Shown: positions 8,902 through 16,456 of the stretch, one piece after another
Position numbering within the stretch: position 1 is the first letter of the stretch
Layout of the letters: every line of letters starts with the position of its first letter
From: Candidatus Eiseniibacteriota bacterium
GTDB taxonomy: Bacteria; Eisenbacteria; RBG-16-71-46
Assembly: GCA_031364845.1 (NCBI GenBank)
Contig: JANLWX010000113.1
Span: 1 to 16,963, forward strand
DNA: 16,963 nt
Direction of reading: 5' to 3'
The notes under the pieces: model-generated
Told to the model about the DNA's origin: nothing
Databases searched by the model: none
Seen by the model: only the letters and a program-made list of their open reading frames with translations
Translations under genes and position numbers: made by a program

Positions 8902-9440
8902 ACCTGCGTCTGCTGGCGGCGATGGTGCTCTGCGCATCATCGCCGTTCGCGTTGCATGGCGCCGCTCTGGCCGGGGCCGTTCAGCTCGATGTTCCGGTCG
9001 TGAAACAGTCGCGCGAGAAGTGCGGTCCCGCGGCACTCGAGATGGTGTTGCGCTACTACGGCGCGGGGTCCGATGCGATCGCCGAGGCTGCCCGCGCCTA
9101 TGACCCCGCGTTACGAGGGTCGCTGATCACCGATCTCGCGGCGAGCGCCCGGCGCGCGGGCTATGACGCAGAAATCGTCACCATCACCGCGGATTCCCTG
9201 GCCGGCTTGCTGGCCCAGGGCATTCCGCCGATCCTCCTGTATCAGAACGGTCGCGGACCGCTCACCGTGCGCCACTTCGGCGTCGTGCGCGGTTGGGATC
9301 CGAAGGGCGCCCGGTACGTGTTGAACGAGGGTGGCCCGCGTCCGCGCGAAATGTCGCGGGACGAGCTGGAGAGGCGCTGGCGCACCGCCGGCGGCCAGAC
9401 GCTGGTGATTCGCAGGAGGGGTTCTGAAACCGGGCAATGA
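8898..9440 (+). CDS. Stand-alone exported C39-like cysteine peptidase (PA2778-like peptidase domain), 180 aa
   Basis: GTGA overlap with the upstream stop. N-terminal hydrophobic signal. LDVPVVKQSREKCGPAALEMVL gives Q37 and C42; HFGVVRG gives H126; VLNEG gives N143. No ABC-transporter domain. Confidence 0.85.
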   Translation: MNLRLLAAMVLCASSPFALHGAALAGAVQLDVPVVKQSREKCGPAALEMVLRYYGAGSDAIAEAARAYDPALRGSLITDLAASARRAGYDAEIVTITADSLAGLLAQGIPPILLYQNGRGPLTVRHFGVVRGWDPKGARYVLNEGGPRPREMSRDELERRWRTAGGQTLVIRRRGSETGQ

Positions 9441-9456
9441 GCGATGGTCGATACGG

Positions 9457-9900
9457 ATGCTGCGGGGTCTGCTCGCCGCCGGTGCGCTGGCGGCGCTCGC
9501 GAGCTGTTCGCATCTGGTCGTGCTCCACGATCCGCTCACGGCGACCGAACACAATGATCTCGGCGTCGTCTACGAATCCACCGGGCGCGCCGATCTCGCG
9601 GCGAAGGAGTACAAGAAGGCGCTGCGCCTGGAACCGAAATTCTCCCGCGCGCGTGTGAACCTCGGCAACATCGAGGCGGGCCGCGGCAAGTGGCCGAAAG
9701 CGGAAAGCCACTATCGTCGCGCCCTGCGCGATTCGACGACCGACTACGACGCGATGAACAACCTCGCGGTCTCCCTCTTGCGCCAGGGACGGAATCTGGA
9801 AGAAGCCCGCTCGCTCGCAGAACGTGCCGTCAGCGCGGGTGGCGAACGCGATTCGCTGTACCGCGCGACACTGGACGAAGTGAAGGCCGGCAGGCGCTGA
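9457..9900 (+). CDS. TPR-repeat lipoprotein, 147 aa
   Basis: Lipobox ALAS-C; TPR units HNDLGVVYESTGRADLAAKEYKKALRLEP, RVNLGNIEAGRGKWPKAESHYRRAL, AMNNLAVSLL. The start has a weak RBS, so the exact start is uncertain. Confidence 0.85.
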   Translation: MLRGLLAAGALAALASCSHLVVLHDPLTATEHNDLGVVYESTGRADLAAKEYKKALRLEPKFSRARVNLGNIEAGRGKWPKAESHYRRALRDSTTDYDAMNNLAVSLLRQGRNLEEARSLAERAVSAGGERDSLYRATLDEVKAGRR

Positions 9901-9912
9901 CGCGGTTTCCGT

Positions 9913-12576
9913 TCACGACTCGCCGCGCATCCAGCGTTCCATTTTTCGGATTGCTTCGTCCATCCGAATTCCCGCGCCGAGCACCGCCGCCATCGGATCT
10001 TCCATCTTGGCGAAGCGCGCGGGCGCCGTCTTGATCGTGAACTTCGCGGGATCGAGCCGGGCGTTGACTTCCTTCCACAGCAGCGGACACGACACCGGTG
10101 CGCCCGGCAGCGGCCGCACGCAGAACGGCGACACGATCGACTGTCCATGGCCGTTCTGTCCGAAGTCGACGTAGACCTTGCCTTCGCGCGCATCGACCTG
10201 CCGGACCACCGTCGCGATCTTCGATTGTTCCTCGACCGCCATGATCGCGAGCAGGCGCGCGAACGATCGCGACTGTTCGTAGGTGTAGCGCGCCGCGAGC
10301 GGAACCAGGATGTGGAGTCCGCTCGCGCCCGAAGTCTTCGGGAAACTCGGCAGTCCGAGGTCGTCGAGGATCCGGTGCAGCGCGTGCGCGACCTGGATCA
10401 CGTGCGCGAACGGCGCTCCCTTGGGATCGAGATCGAGGATCATCCAGTCCGGGCACTCGATCGACGCCACGCGCGAACTCCACATGTGGATCGGGATGGT
10501 GCCGAGGTTCGCGAGATACCGCAGCGTGTCGGCATCGTTCACCACGAAGAACCGGTTCGCGCGCTCGCCGTCGCTCGAGCGGATCATCACCGTGCGCACC
10601 CAATCGGGCGTGAACACCGGCGCGTCCTTCTGATAGAACGACTTGCCTTCGATTCCGTCGGGATAGCGCGTGAGGAATACCGGGCGGTCGCGCAGGTAGG
10701 TGAGGATGTGCGGCGCGATCGCGTCGTAGTAGGCGATCAAGTCACCCTTCGTGTAGCCGTCCGCGGGCCAGAACACCTTCTTGAGATTCGAGAGTTGCAC
10801 CGTGCGCGGACGTTCGGCCGGCTCCTGCGGTGCCGCCGCCGCGGTGTCCTCGGCCGGCTCCGCATCGAACACCGGAGCACGCTCACGCACGCACTCGGCG
10901 GGCGACTTGTCCTCGCGCAGCCCGATGAAGGTCGGGTGGCGCAGGCCGCCATCGCGCGTCCATTCGGTGTATCGCACTTCGCACACGAGCAAAGGTTCGA
11001 CCCAGTGATGCCCGCGATCTTTAGGTGATCGTTCGCCGAACGGCGAACGATCGCGCGCGAGCGGCAGTAGTTTCTCCCACAGCAGCTTCAGCCCCTTGCG
11101 ATCGAACCCGGTCCCGACCGCGGTAACGTAGACGAGCTTCGGTGCCTCACCCGGTTTCGCCGCGGGCTCGTAGACGCCGACGTCGAGCGCCCCGAAATGT
11201 CCGCGCGAACCCTGCGGATCGGTCCAGCCGCCGATCACGAACTCCTGGCGGTGCTGGCACTTGAGCTTGATCCAGTCGCGCGAGCGGGTGCTGACGTAGC
11301 TGCTCTCGGCGCGCTTCGCGACGATGCCCTCGAGCTTCATCGCACCTGCCGCTTCGAAGAACTGCATTCCGAGCCGCTCGATGTGCCCGCCGTAGCGCGC
11401 CGCACCCAGCTCGGGCAGCACCCGGCGCAGGCAGTCCTTGCGATCCACGAGCGGCGCGCGGCGCAGGTCGTGGCCCAAAAGCCCAAGGCAGTCGAAGAAC
11501 ATCGCGACCACCGGCGCCTGGATTCGCGCGCGCTCGATGTCGTGCTTGTTCACCAGATGCATGCGGTGCTGCAGATGCTGGAAGCTTGGGCTTCCGCCTT
11601 CGTCCGGTGCCACGATCTCGCCGTCGAGCACGAACGAATCGAACGGCAGCGCGCGCAGCGCCTCGACGATCTCCGGATAACGCGCGGTGATGCTCGATCC
11701 GCTGCGCCCGTACAGCTCGACCTGGTCGCCGTCGCGGCCTGCGATCACGCGCACGCCGTCGTACTTGATCTCGAAGATCCAGCCCTCGCGATCGAACGGC
11801 TGCTCTTCGAGCGTGGCGAGCATCGGCGTGAGGCCCTTCGCGCGCACCGCGCGCCGCGGCGCTCCCAGGCGATCGAGATCCTCGCGAACCGCTTCGACCT
11901 TGGCCTCGGGATCCGCCATCTCCTCGACCGTCAGGCCGCACACGACCGATTGCGGATAGCGCTCGATCAGCTCGATCTCCGAAGCGCCTGCGCCCGCCTT
12001 CTTCAACAGCAACCACTCCTTGTCCTTCTTGCCCATGCGCACCAGCGTCCAGCGCCCGCGCAACTTGTAACCGAACAGTTCGAGCTCGAGCTTCCCGCGC
12101 GAGTACTGTTCCATCAGCGGCTCGGGCTTGAACGAGCGGTACCATCCGCGGTCCCAGATGATCACGCTGCCCGCGCCGTAGTTGCCCTCGGGAATGTTGC
12201 CTTCGAAGGTTCCGTATTCGAGCGGATGGTCCTCGACGTGAACCGCGAGGCGCTTCTCCTCGACATGGGTCGAAGGGCCTTTGGGAACCGCCCAGCTCTT
12301 GAGCGTGCCGTCGAGCTCGAGGCGCAGGTCGTAGTGGAGATTGCGCGCCGCGTGTTTGTGGACGACGAACGTCAGCGGCCGCGCCACGGCGACCCGCGCC
12401 CGTGTCGATCCGCCGAACGGTTCCGGCGTGTGGAGCGGATCGCGCTTCTGCCAGTACTCGGCGAGTGCGGAAGAATCTTCCGGTCCGGCGTCCGGGGCAG
12501 CGCTCGGATCCGCCGCCGGGGCCTTTGCCTTGCGGGGCGATTTCTTTGGCAATGATCTTGCTGGATTGGTCGGCAT
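9913..12576 (-). CDS. ligD: NHEJ DNA ligase D (phosphoesterase, ATP-dependent ligase, primase-polymerase), 887 aa
   Basis: PE domain FVVHKHAARNLHYDLRLE...SWAVPKGPS...VEDHPLEY; ligase motifs EIKYDG, LDGEIV, EGIVAK, WIKLK; POL domain LTRYPDG, FYQK, DLDP, KTSGASGLHI, KVYVD. Confidence 0.97.
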   Translation of the reverse strand: MPTNPARSLPKKSPRKAKAPAADPSAAPDAGPEDSSALAEYWQKRDPLHTPEPFGGSTRARVAVARPLTFVVHKHAARNLHYDLRLELDGTLKSWAVPKGPSTHVEEKRLAVHVEDHPLEYGTFEGNIPEGNYGAGSVIIWDRGWYRSFKPEPLMEQYSRGKLELELFGYKLRGRWTLVRMGKKDKEWLLLKKAGAGASEIELIERYPQSVVCGLTVEEMADPEAKVEAVREDLDRLGAPRRAVRAKGLTPMLATLEEQPFDREGWIFEIKYDGVRVIAGRDGDQVELYGRSGSSITARYPEIVEALRALPFDSFVLDGEIVAPDEGGSPSFQHLQHRMHLVNKHDIERARIQAPVVAMFFDCLGLLGHDLRRAPLVDRKDCLRRVLPELGAARYGGHIERLGMQFFEAAGAMKLEGIVAKRAESSYVSTRSRDWIKLKCQHRQEFVIGGWTDPQGSRGHFGALDVGVYEPAAKPGEAPKLVYVTAVGTGFDRKGLKLLWEKLLPLARDRSPFGERSPKDRGHHWVEPLLVCEVRYTEWTRDGGLRHPTFIGLREDKSPAECVRERAPVFDAEPAEDTAAAAPQEPAERPRTVQLSNLKKVFWPADGYTKGDLIAYYDAIAPHILTYLRDRPVFLTRYPDGIEGKSFYQKDAPVFTPDWVRTVMIRSSDGERANRFFVVNDADTLRYLANLGTIPIHMWSSRVASIECPDWMILDLDPKGAPFAHVIQVAHALHRILDDLGLPSFPKTSGASGLHILVPLAARYTYEQSRSFARLLAIMAVEEQSKIATVVRQVDAREGKVYVDFGQNGHGQSIVSPFCVRPLPGAPVSCPLLWKEVNARLDPAKFTIKTAPARFAKMEDPMAAVLGAGIRMDEAIRKMERWMRGES

Positions 12577-12588
12577 TCTGCTCGTAAC

Positions 12589-12651
12589 CCGGTGGGAGAT
12601 GGACGGGCCCCGGTCTCAGCATGGGCCGATCGGAGCCCGTCAGCCCACCGG
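12589..12651. repeat. Long imperfect inverted repeat in the ligD/ku divergent intergenic region
   Basis: Outer arms CCGGTGGG (12589-12596) and CCCACCGG (12644-12651) are perfectly complementary. Inner arms GACGGGCCCCGGTC (12602-12615) and GATCGGAGCCCGTC (12628-12641) match 12/14. Confidence 0.6.
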
Positions 12652-12690
12652 TCCTTCCACGCCCGCGCGTCTCCGGGCCGCGGGGCCGTG

Positions 12691-12699
12691 TGCTAGGCT
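12691..12699 (+). promoter_or_regulatory. Putative extended -10 element for ku
   Basis: TG-C-TAGGCT (TGn-TAnnnT) about 35 nt upstream of the ku ATG, in otherwise very GC-rich DNA; no clear -35. Confidence 0.45.
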
Positions 12700-12733
12700 A
12701 CCATCTCCTCACCGCACATGGAGGGTTTCGCAT

Positions 12734-13606
12734 ATGCCGCCTCATTCCATGGGCTCGGGAACGATCTCGTTCGGGCTCGTCTCGATTCCGGTAAAAATGT
12801 ACACATCGGCGAGCTCCGCTGGAGTTTCCTTCAATCAACTCCACGCGAAATGCGGCAGCCGGATCAAGCAGCAGATCTTCTGTCCGGTGTGCAACGTGGT
12901 CGTCGAGCGGTCCGATCTCGTCAAGGGATACGAATTCGCGAAGGACCAGTACGTTCGCTTCACCGAAGAAGAGCTGAAGACGCTCGAGCAGGAGAACTCG
13001 AAGCTCATCGAAATCGAAGAGTTCGTGCCGCTCGACAAAGTCGACCCGATCTACTTCGAGAAGACGTACTATCTCGGTCCCGACGAAGGCGGCGACAAGG
13101 CCTACCGCCTGCTCGCCGACGCGATGACCAAGACGAATCGCGTGGCGCTCGCCAAATTCGTGATGCGGGGCAAGGAGAATCTGGTCCTGATCCGGCCCTC
13201 ACAGGGCGGTCTCATGCTGCACGGCATGTACTTCGGCGACGAAGTGCGCGACTTCGGCGAGATCGACAAGGGCGAGAGTTCGAAAATCAAGACCGGCGAG
13301 TTGGATTTGGCCGCGCGCCTGATCGACGAACTGGCGAACGACAAGTTCGAGCCGAACAAGTACCACGACGAGTACCGCGGACGCGTGCTCGAAATCGTGA
13401 ACAACAAGGTCGAGGGCCGCGAGGTCACGACGTCAGCACCTCAGGCCCAGCGCGCTCAGGTCATCGACCTCATGGACGCGCTCAAGCAGAGCCTGGAGCA
13501 GCGCGGCGCCGAGGAACAGACCGTGAAACGCGAACGGAAGCCGGCCGCGAAATCCGCGCGTTCGAGCGAGGCGGCGCCCAAGAAGAAGACCGCATCACGG
13601 AAGTGA
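12734..13606 (+). CDS. ku: NHEJ DNA end-binding protein Ku, 290 aa
   Basis: SD GGAGG at 12720-12724 and ATG 12734; the ORF-track start at 12341 overlaps ligD and is not real. Motifs GTISFGLVSIPVKMY, LVKGYEF, IEEFVP...VDPIYFEKTYYLGP, KAYRLL, YHDEYR, VIDLMDALKQSL; basic C-terminal tail. Confidence 0.97.
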   Translation: MPPHSMGSGTISFGLVSIPVKMYTSASSAGVSFNQLHAKCGSRIKQQIFCPVCNVVVERSDLVKGYEFAKDQYVRFTEEELKTLEQENSKLIEIEEFVPLDKVDPIYFEKTYYLGPDEGGDKAYRLLADAMTKTNRVALAKFVMRGKENLVLIRPSQGGLMLHGMYFGDEVRDFGEIDKGESSKIKTGELDLAARLIDELANDKFEPNKYHDEYRGRVLEIVNNKVEGREVTTSAPQAQRAQVIDLMDALKQSLEQRGAEEQTVKRERKPAAKSARSSEAAPKKKTASRK

Positions 13607-13682
13607 CGGGGCGGCACCGAGTGTCCCGGCACGAGGCCGGGATCTGCGAGAGGGATTTCGCCATGGATGGAAGGGATCAGTC

Positions 13683-14339
13683 ATGATCAGGCGCGCAGCG
13701 CGCAGAGCAGCGGCGCGGCACGGCCGCGCCCATACGGTGGCCACCGCGAACCAGCTCACGCTCGATCTCGGGGCGTCGGAGCGTTCGGCGGCTGCGGTGA
13801 CGCGCGTGCCGGCGCCCGAAGCGGTCGCTCGATCGGGAACCGTGTTCGATGCGACCGGGCACCTGGCGCGAGCTGCTGCCGAACGCGCACGCACGGTACC
13901 TGCCGCGACCGACTCGGCGAGCGCCGAGCAGTGGTTCGAGCTCGCCTGTGAACTCGAGTCCGAATCGCCCGCCGAGGCGATCACCGCCTACCATCGCCTG
14001 CTCGAAATCGATCCCGCGATGGCCGACGCGCACGTGAACCTCGGACGGCTCTATCATCAGGCTCACGAGCACGCCAAGGCCGAGGCCCACTATCGCGCCG
14101 CCGCGCAGTTCGCACCGGGTGAGGCGATCGCGTGGTTCAATCTGGGCGTGCTGTTCGAGGACATGCGCCGCCCGCACGAAGCGGTGCACGCCTACCACGA
14201 GGCGACCGAGCGCGAAGCGGACCACGCCGATGCGCACTACAACCTCGGACTCCTCTACGACGAACTCGGTCGCCGCGCCGAAGCGATGTCGCATCTGATG
14301 CAGGCGAGACGGCTCTACAGCCAGGGCAATCGGCAATAA
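13683..14339 (+). CDS. Cytoplasmic TPR-repeat protein downstream of ku, 218 aa
   Basis: Purine-rich GGAAGGGA upstream of the ATG. Arg/Ala-rich N-terminus, then TPRs: AEQWFELACELE...AITAYHRLLEIDP, AHVNLGRLYH, AWFNLGVLFED, ADAHYNLGLLYDELG. TAATG overlap with tag. Confidence 0.85.
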   Translation: MIRRAARRAAARHGRAHTVATANQLTLDLGASERSAAAVTRVPAPEAVARSGTVFDATGHLARAAAERARTVPAATDSASAEQWFELACELESESPAEAITAYHRLLEIDPAMADAHVNLGRLYHQAHEHAKAEAHYRAAAQFAPGEAIAWFNLGVLFEDMRRPHEAVHAYHEATEREADHADAHYNLGLLYDELGRRAEAMSHLMQARRLYSQGNRQ

Positions 14340-14938
14340 TGCCGGTTTCACGGCCGCGCTGCGCCTGGGCCAAGGCCAGCAATCCGCTCTATGTCGTCTA
14401 CCACGATCGCGAATGGGGCGTGCCGTCGCACGACGATCGCCACCTGTTCGAGATGCTCACGCTCGAGGGCGCCCAGGCCGGTCTGAGCTGGGAGACGATC
14501 CTGAACCGCCGCGACAGCTACCGGCGCGCCTTCGCCAACTTCGATCCCCGCCGCATCGCAAAATTCGACGCCGCGAAGCGCCGCGCATTGATGACCGATC
14601 CCGGCATCATACGCAACCAATTGAAGATCGACTCCACCGTCACCAATGCCGCGGCGTTCGTCGCCATCCAGAAGGAATTCGGCGGCTTCGATTCGTGGCT
14701 GTGGGCGTTCGTCGACGGCGTGCCGCTCCAGAGCCGCCGCGAGACGATGCGCGATATCCCGCCCGAGACCGATGTCTCGCGCGCGCTCAGCAAGGCGCTC
14801 AAGGAGCGCGGCTTTCGCTTCGTCGGCCCGACCATTATGTACGCCTTCATGCAGGCGGTGGGGATGGTGAACGACCACGTGGTCGGTTGCTTCCGGCATG
14901 CGCCGCTCTCGAAGGCGCACGGTGGACGGCGCGCCTGA
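14339..14938 (+). CDS. tag: DNA-3-methyladenine glycosylase I, 199 aa
   Basis: Start at the TAATG overlap (14339), not the ORF-track 14132. RCAW...YHDREWGVP...LFEMLTLEGAQAGLSWETIL, GIIRNQLKI, LKERGFRFVGPTIMYAFMQAVGMVNDHVVGC; the C/H...H/C zinc ligands are present. Confidence 0.96.
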   Translation: MPVSRPRCAWAKASNPLYVVYHDREWGVPSHDDRHLFEMLTLEGAQAGLSWETILNRRDSYRRAFANFDPRRIAKFDAAKRRALMTDPGIIRNQLKIDSTVTNAAAFVAIQKEFGGFDSWLWAFVDGVPLQSRRETMRDIPPETDVSRALSKALKERGFRFVGPTIMYAFMQAVGMVNDHVVGCFRHAPLSKAHGGRRA

Positions 14939-14971
14939 TCCACGGCGCGTGACCCCGGCACACTCCGATCG

Positions 14972-16453
14972 ATGACCGGCCCGCTCACCGAACCGATTCC
15001 GACCGCGTGGCTGTTGGCAGGGTTCGGAATCCTGCTCGCGCTGAGCGTGATCGTGAGCCGCCTGTCGCGCCGCACCCGGGTCCCCGCGGTGCTGGTGTTT
15101 CTGCTGATCGGCATCCTCGCCGGATCGGAAGGCCCCGGCCGGCTGATCTTCGAAGGCTACGGACTCACGTTCCGCCTCGGTTCGGCGGCACTCGCGATGA
15201 TCCTGTTCGACGGCGGGCTCAACACGTCGTGGCGTACCCTGCGCACCGTGCTCATGCCGGCCGGAATGCTTGCGACCGGGGGCGTGATGATCACCGCCCT
15301 CGTGGTGGCGTTCGGAGCACGGATGCTGGGCTTCGAGTGGTCGATGGCGATGCTGCTCGGCGCGGTCGTGGCCTCGACCGACGCCGCCGCGGTGTTTTCG
15401 GTGCTGCGCGGCAGCGGGGTCGCGGTGAAGCGGCGCATCGCCGCCACGCTCGAGGTGGAATCGGGCTTCAACGACCCGCTCGCGGTCGTGCTCACGATCG
15501 TGATCACCGGGATCGCGGCCGGCACGTCGCAATCGATCGCCGGCGCTGCCGGAGACGCGGTTCTGCAGCTTGTGATCGGCGGCGGGCTCGGAATCCTGAT
15601 CGGCCTCGGCGGACGCCGGATATTGTCGCGCATCAACCTCAGCTCCGACGGACTCTATCCCGTGCTGACGATGGCGACCGCGATGATCGCGTTCGGATTG
15701 CCGACGCTGCTCCACGGCAGCGGATTTCTCGCCGTCTATCTCGCGGGCATGGTGATCGGCAACGGCAACGCGCCGCATCGCGCCGACCTGATGCGTGCTC
15801 ACGACTTCATCGCGTGGGCCAGCCAGATCATCATGTTCCTCACGCTCGGATTGCTGGTGTTTCCGTCGCGGCTCATGGCGGTTGCGCCGACCGGGCTCGC
15901 GATCGCGCTGTGGCTGATCTTCGTCGCCCGCCCGATCGCGGTGGCGGTGTGCCTGGCGCCGTTCGGATACACCCGCCGCGAAATCGCGCACATCGGCTGG
16001 GTCGGACTGCGGGGCGCGGTGCCGATCATTCTCGCCACCTATCCCGTGCTGGTCGGGCTCGAAGGCGCCCAGGTGATCTTCAACATCGTGTTCTTCGTGG
16101 TGGTGGTGAGCGTGCTGCTGCAGGGAACGACCGCCGGCTGGGTCACGCATCGGCTCGGCCTCGCCGAGATGAGCGCCCCGCCGCCCGCCGCGATTCTCGA
16201 GATCGTGTCGCGCCAGAAGCTGAGCGGCGAGCTGATCTCCTACTTCATCCGGCCCGAAGCCGCCGTCGCCGGCATCCCGGCAGAGGAGATCCCGCTGCCC
16301 TCGGGTGCGGCGATCGTGCTCGTCGTGCGCGGCCAGCAGTTGCTGCCGGTGAATGGACTCGTGATCGAGCCCGGCGATCACGTCCACCTGATCGCCCAGC
16401 GCGGAGTGAAGAGCGATGTTGCACTGATGTTCGGACAGCGCGAAGAGAGCTAG
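14972..16453 (+). CDS. cvrA: K+/H+ antiporter, CPA1 NhaP2/CvrA type, with C-terminal TrkA-C (RCK_C)-like domain, 493 aa
   Basis: Multiple TM helices; ILFDGGL, STDAAAVFSVL, LEVESGFNDP, GSGFLAVY, MFLTLGLLVFPS, WVGLRGAVPIILAT, SVLLQGTT; C-terminal LVVRGQQLLPVNGLVIEPGDHV. Confidence 0.92.
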   Translation: MTGPLTEPIPTAWLLAGFGILLALSVIVSRLSRRTRVPAVLVFLLIGILAGSEGPGRLIFEGYGLTFRLGSAALAMILFDGGLNTSWRTLRTVLMPAGMLATGGVMITALVVAFGARMLGFEWSMAMLLGAVVASTDAAAVFSVLRGSGVAVKRRIAATLEVESGFNDPLAVVLTIVITGIAAGTSQSIAGAAGDAVLQLVIGGGLGILIGLGGRRILSRINLSSDGLYPVLTMATAMIAFGLPTLLHGSGFLAVYLAGMVIGNGNAPHRADLMRAHDFIAWASQIIMFLTLGLLVFPSRLMAVAPTGLAIALWLIFVARPIAVAVCLAPFGYTRREIAHIGWVGLRGAVPIILATYPVLVGLEGAQVIFNIVFFVVVVSVLLQGTTAGWVTHRLGLAEMSAPPPAAILEIVSRQKLSGELISYFIRPEAAVAGIPAEEIPLPSGAAIVLVVRGQQLLPVNGLVIEPGDHVHLIAQRGVKSDVALMFGQREES

Positions 16454-16456
16454 GTC

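Noticed and set aside
9400..9460. C39 peptidase and TPR genes as one frameshifted PA2778-like fusion
   Set aside because: The TPR ORF has its own signal peptide and lipobox, which fits a separate gene.
9830..12622. ORFs overlapping ligD (9830..10603, 10147..11028, 11147..12622, 11197..12555)
   Set aside because: Shadow frames of ligD with no motifs.
12341..12733. 131-aa N-terminal extension of Ku in the ORF track
   Set aside because: Overlaps ligD antisense; the SD and Ku homology begin at 12734.
13624..13642. Hairpin TCCCGGC-ACGAG-GCCGGGA after ku as a terminator
   Set aside because: Short stem without a U tract; cannot be supported as a terminator.
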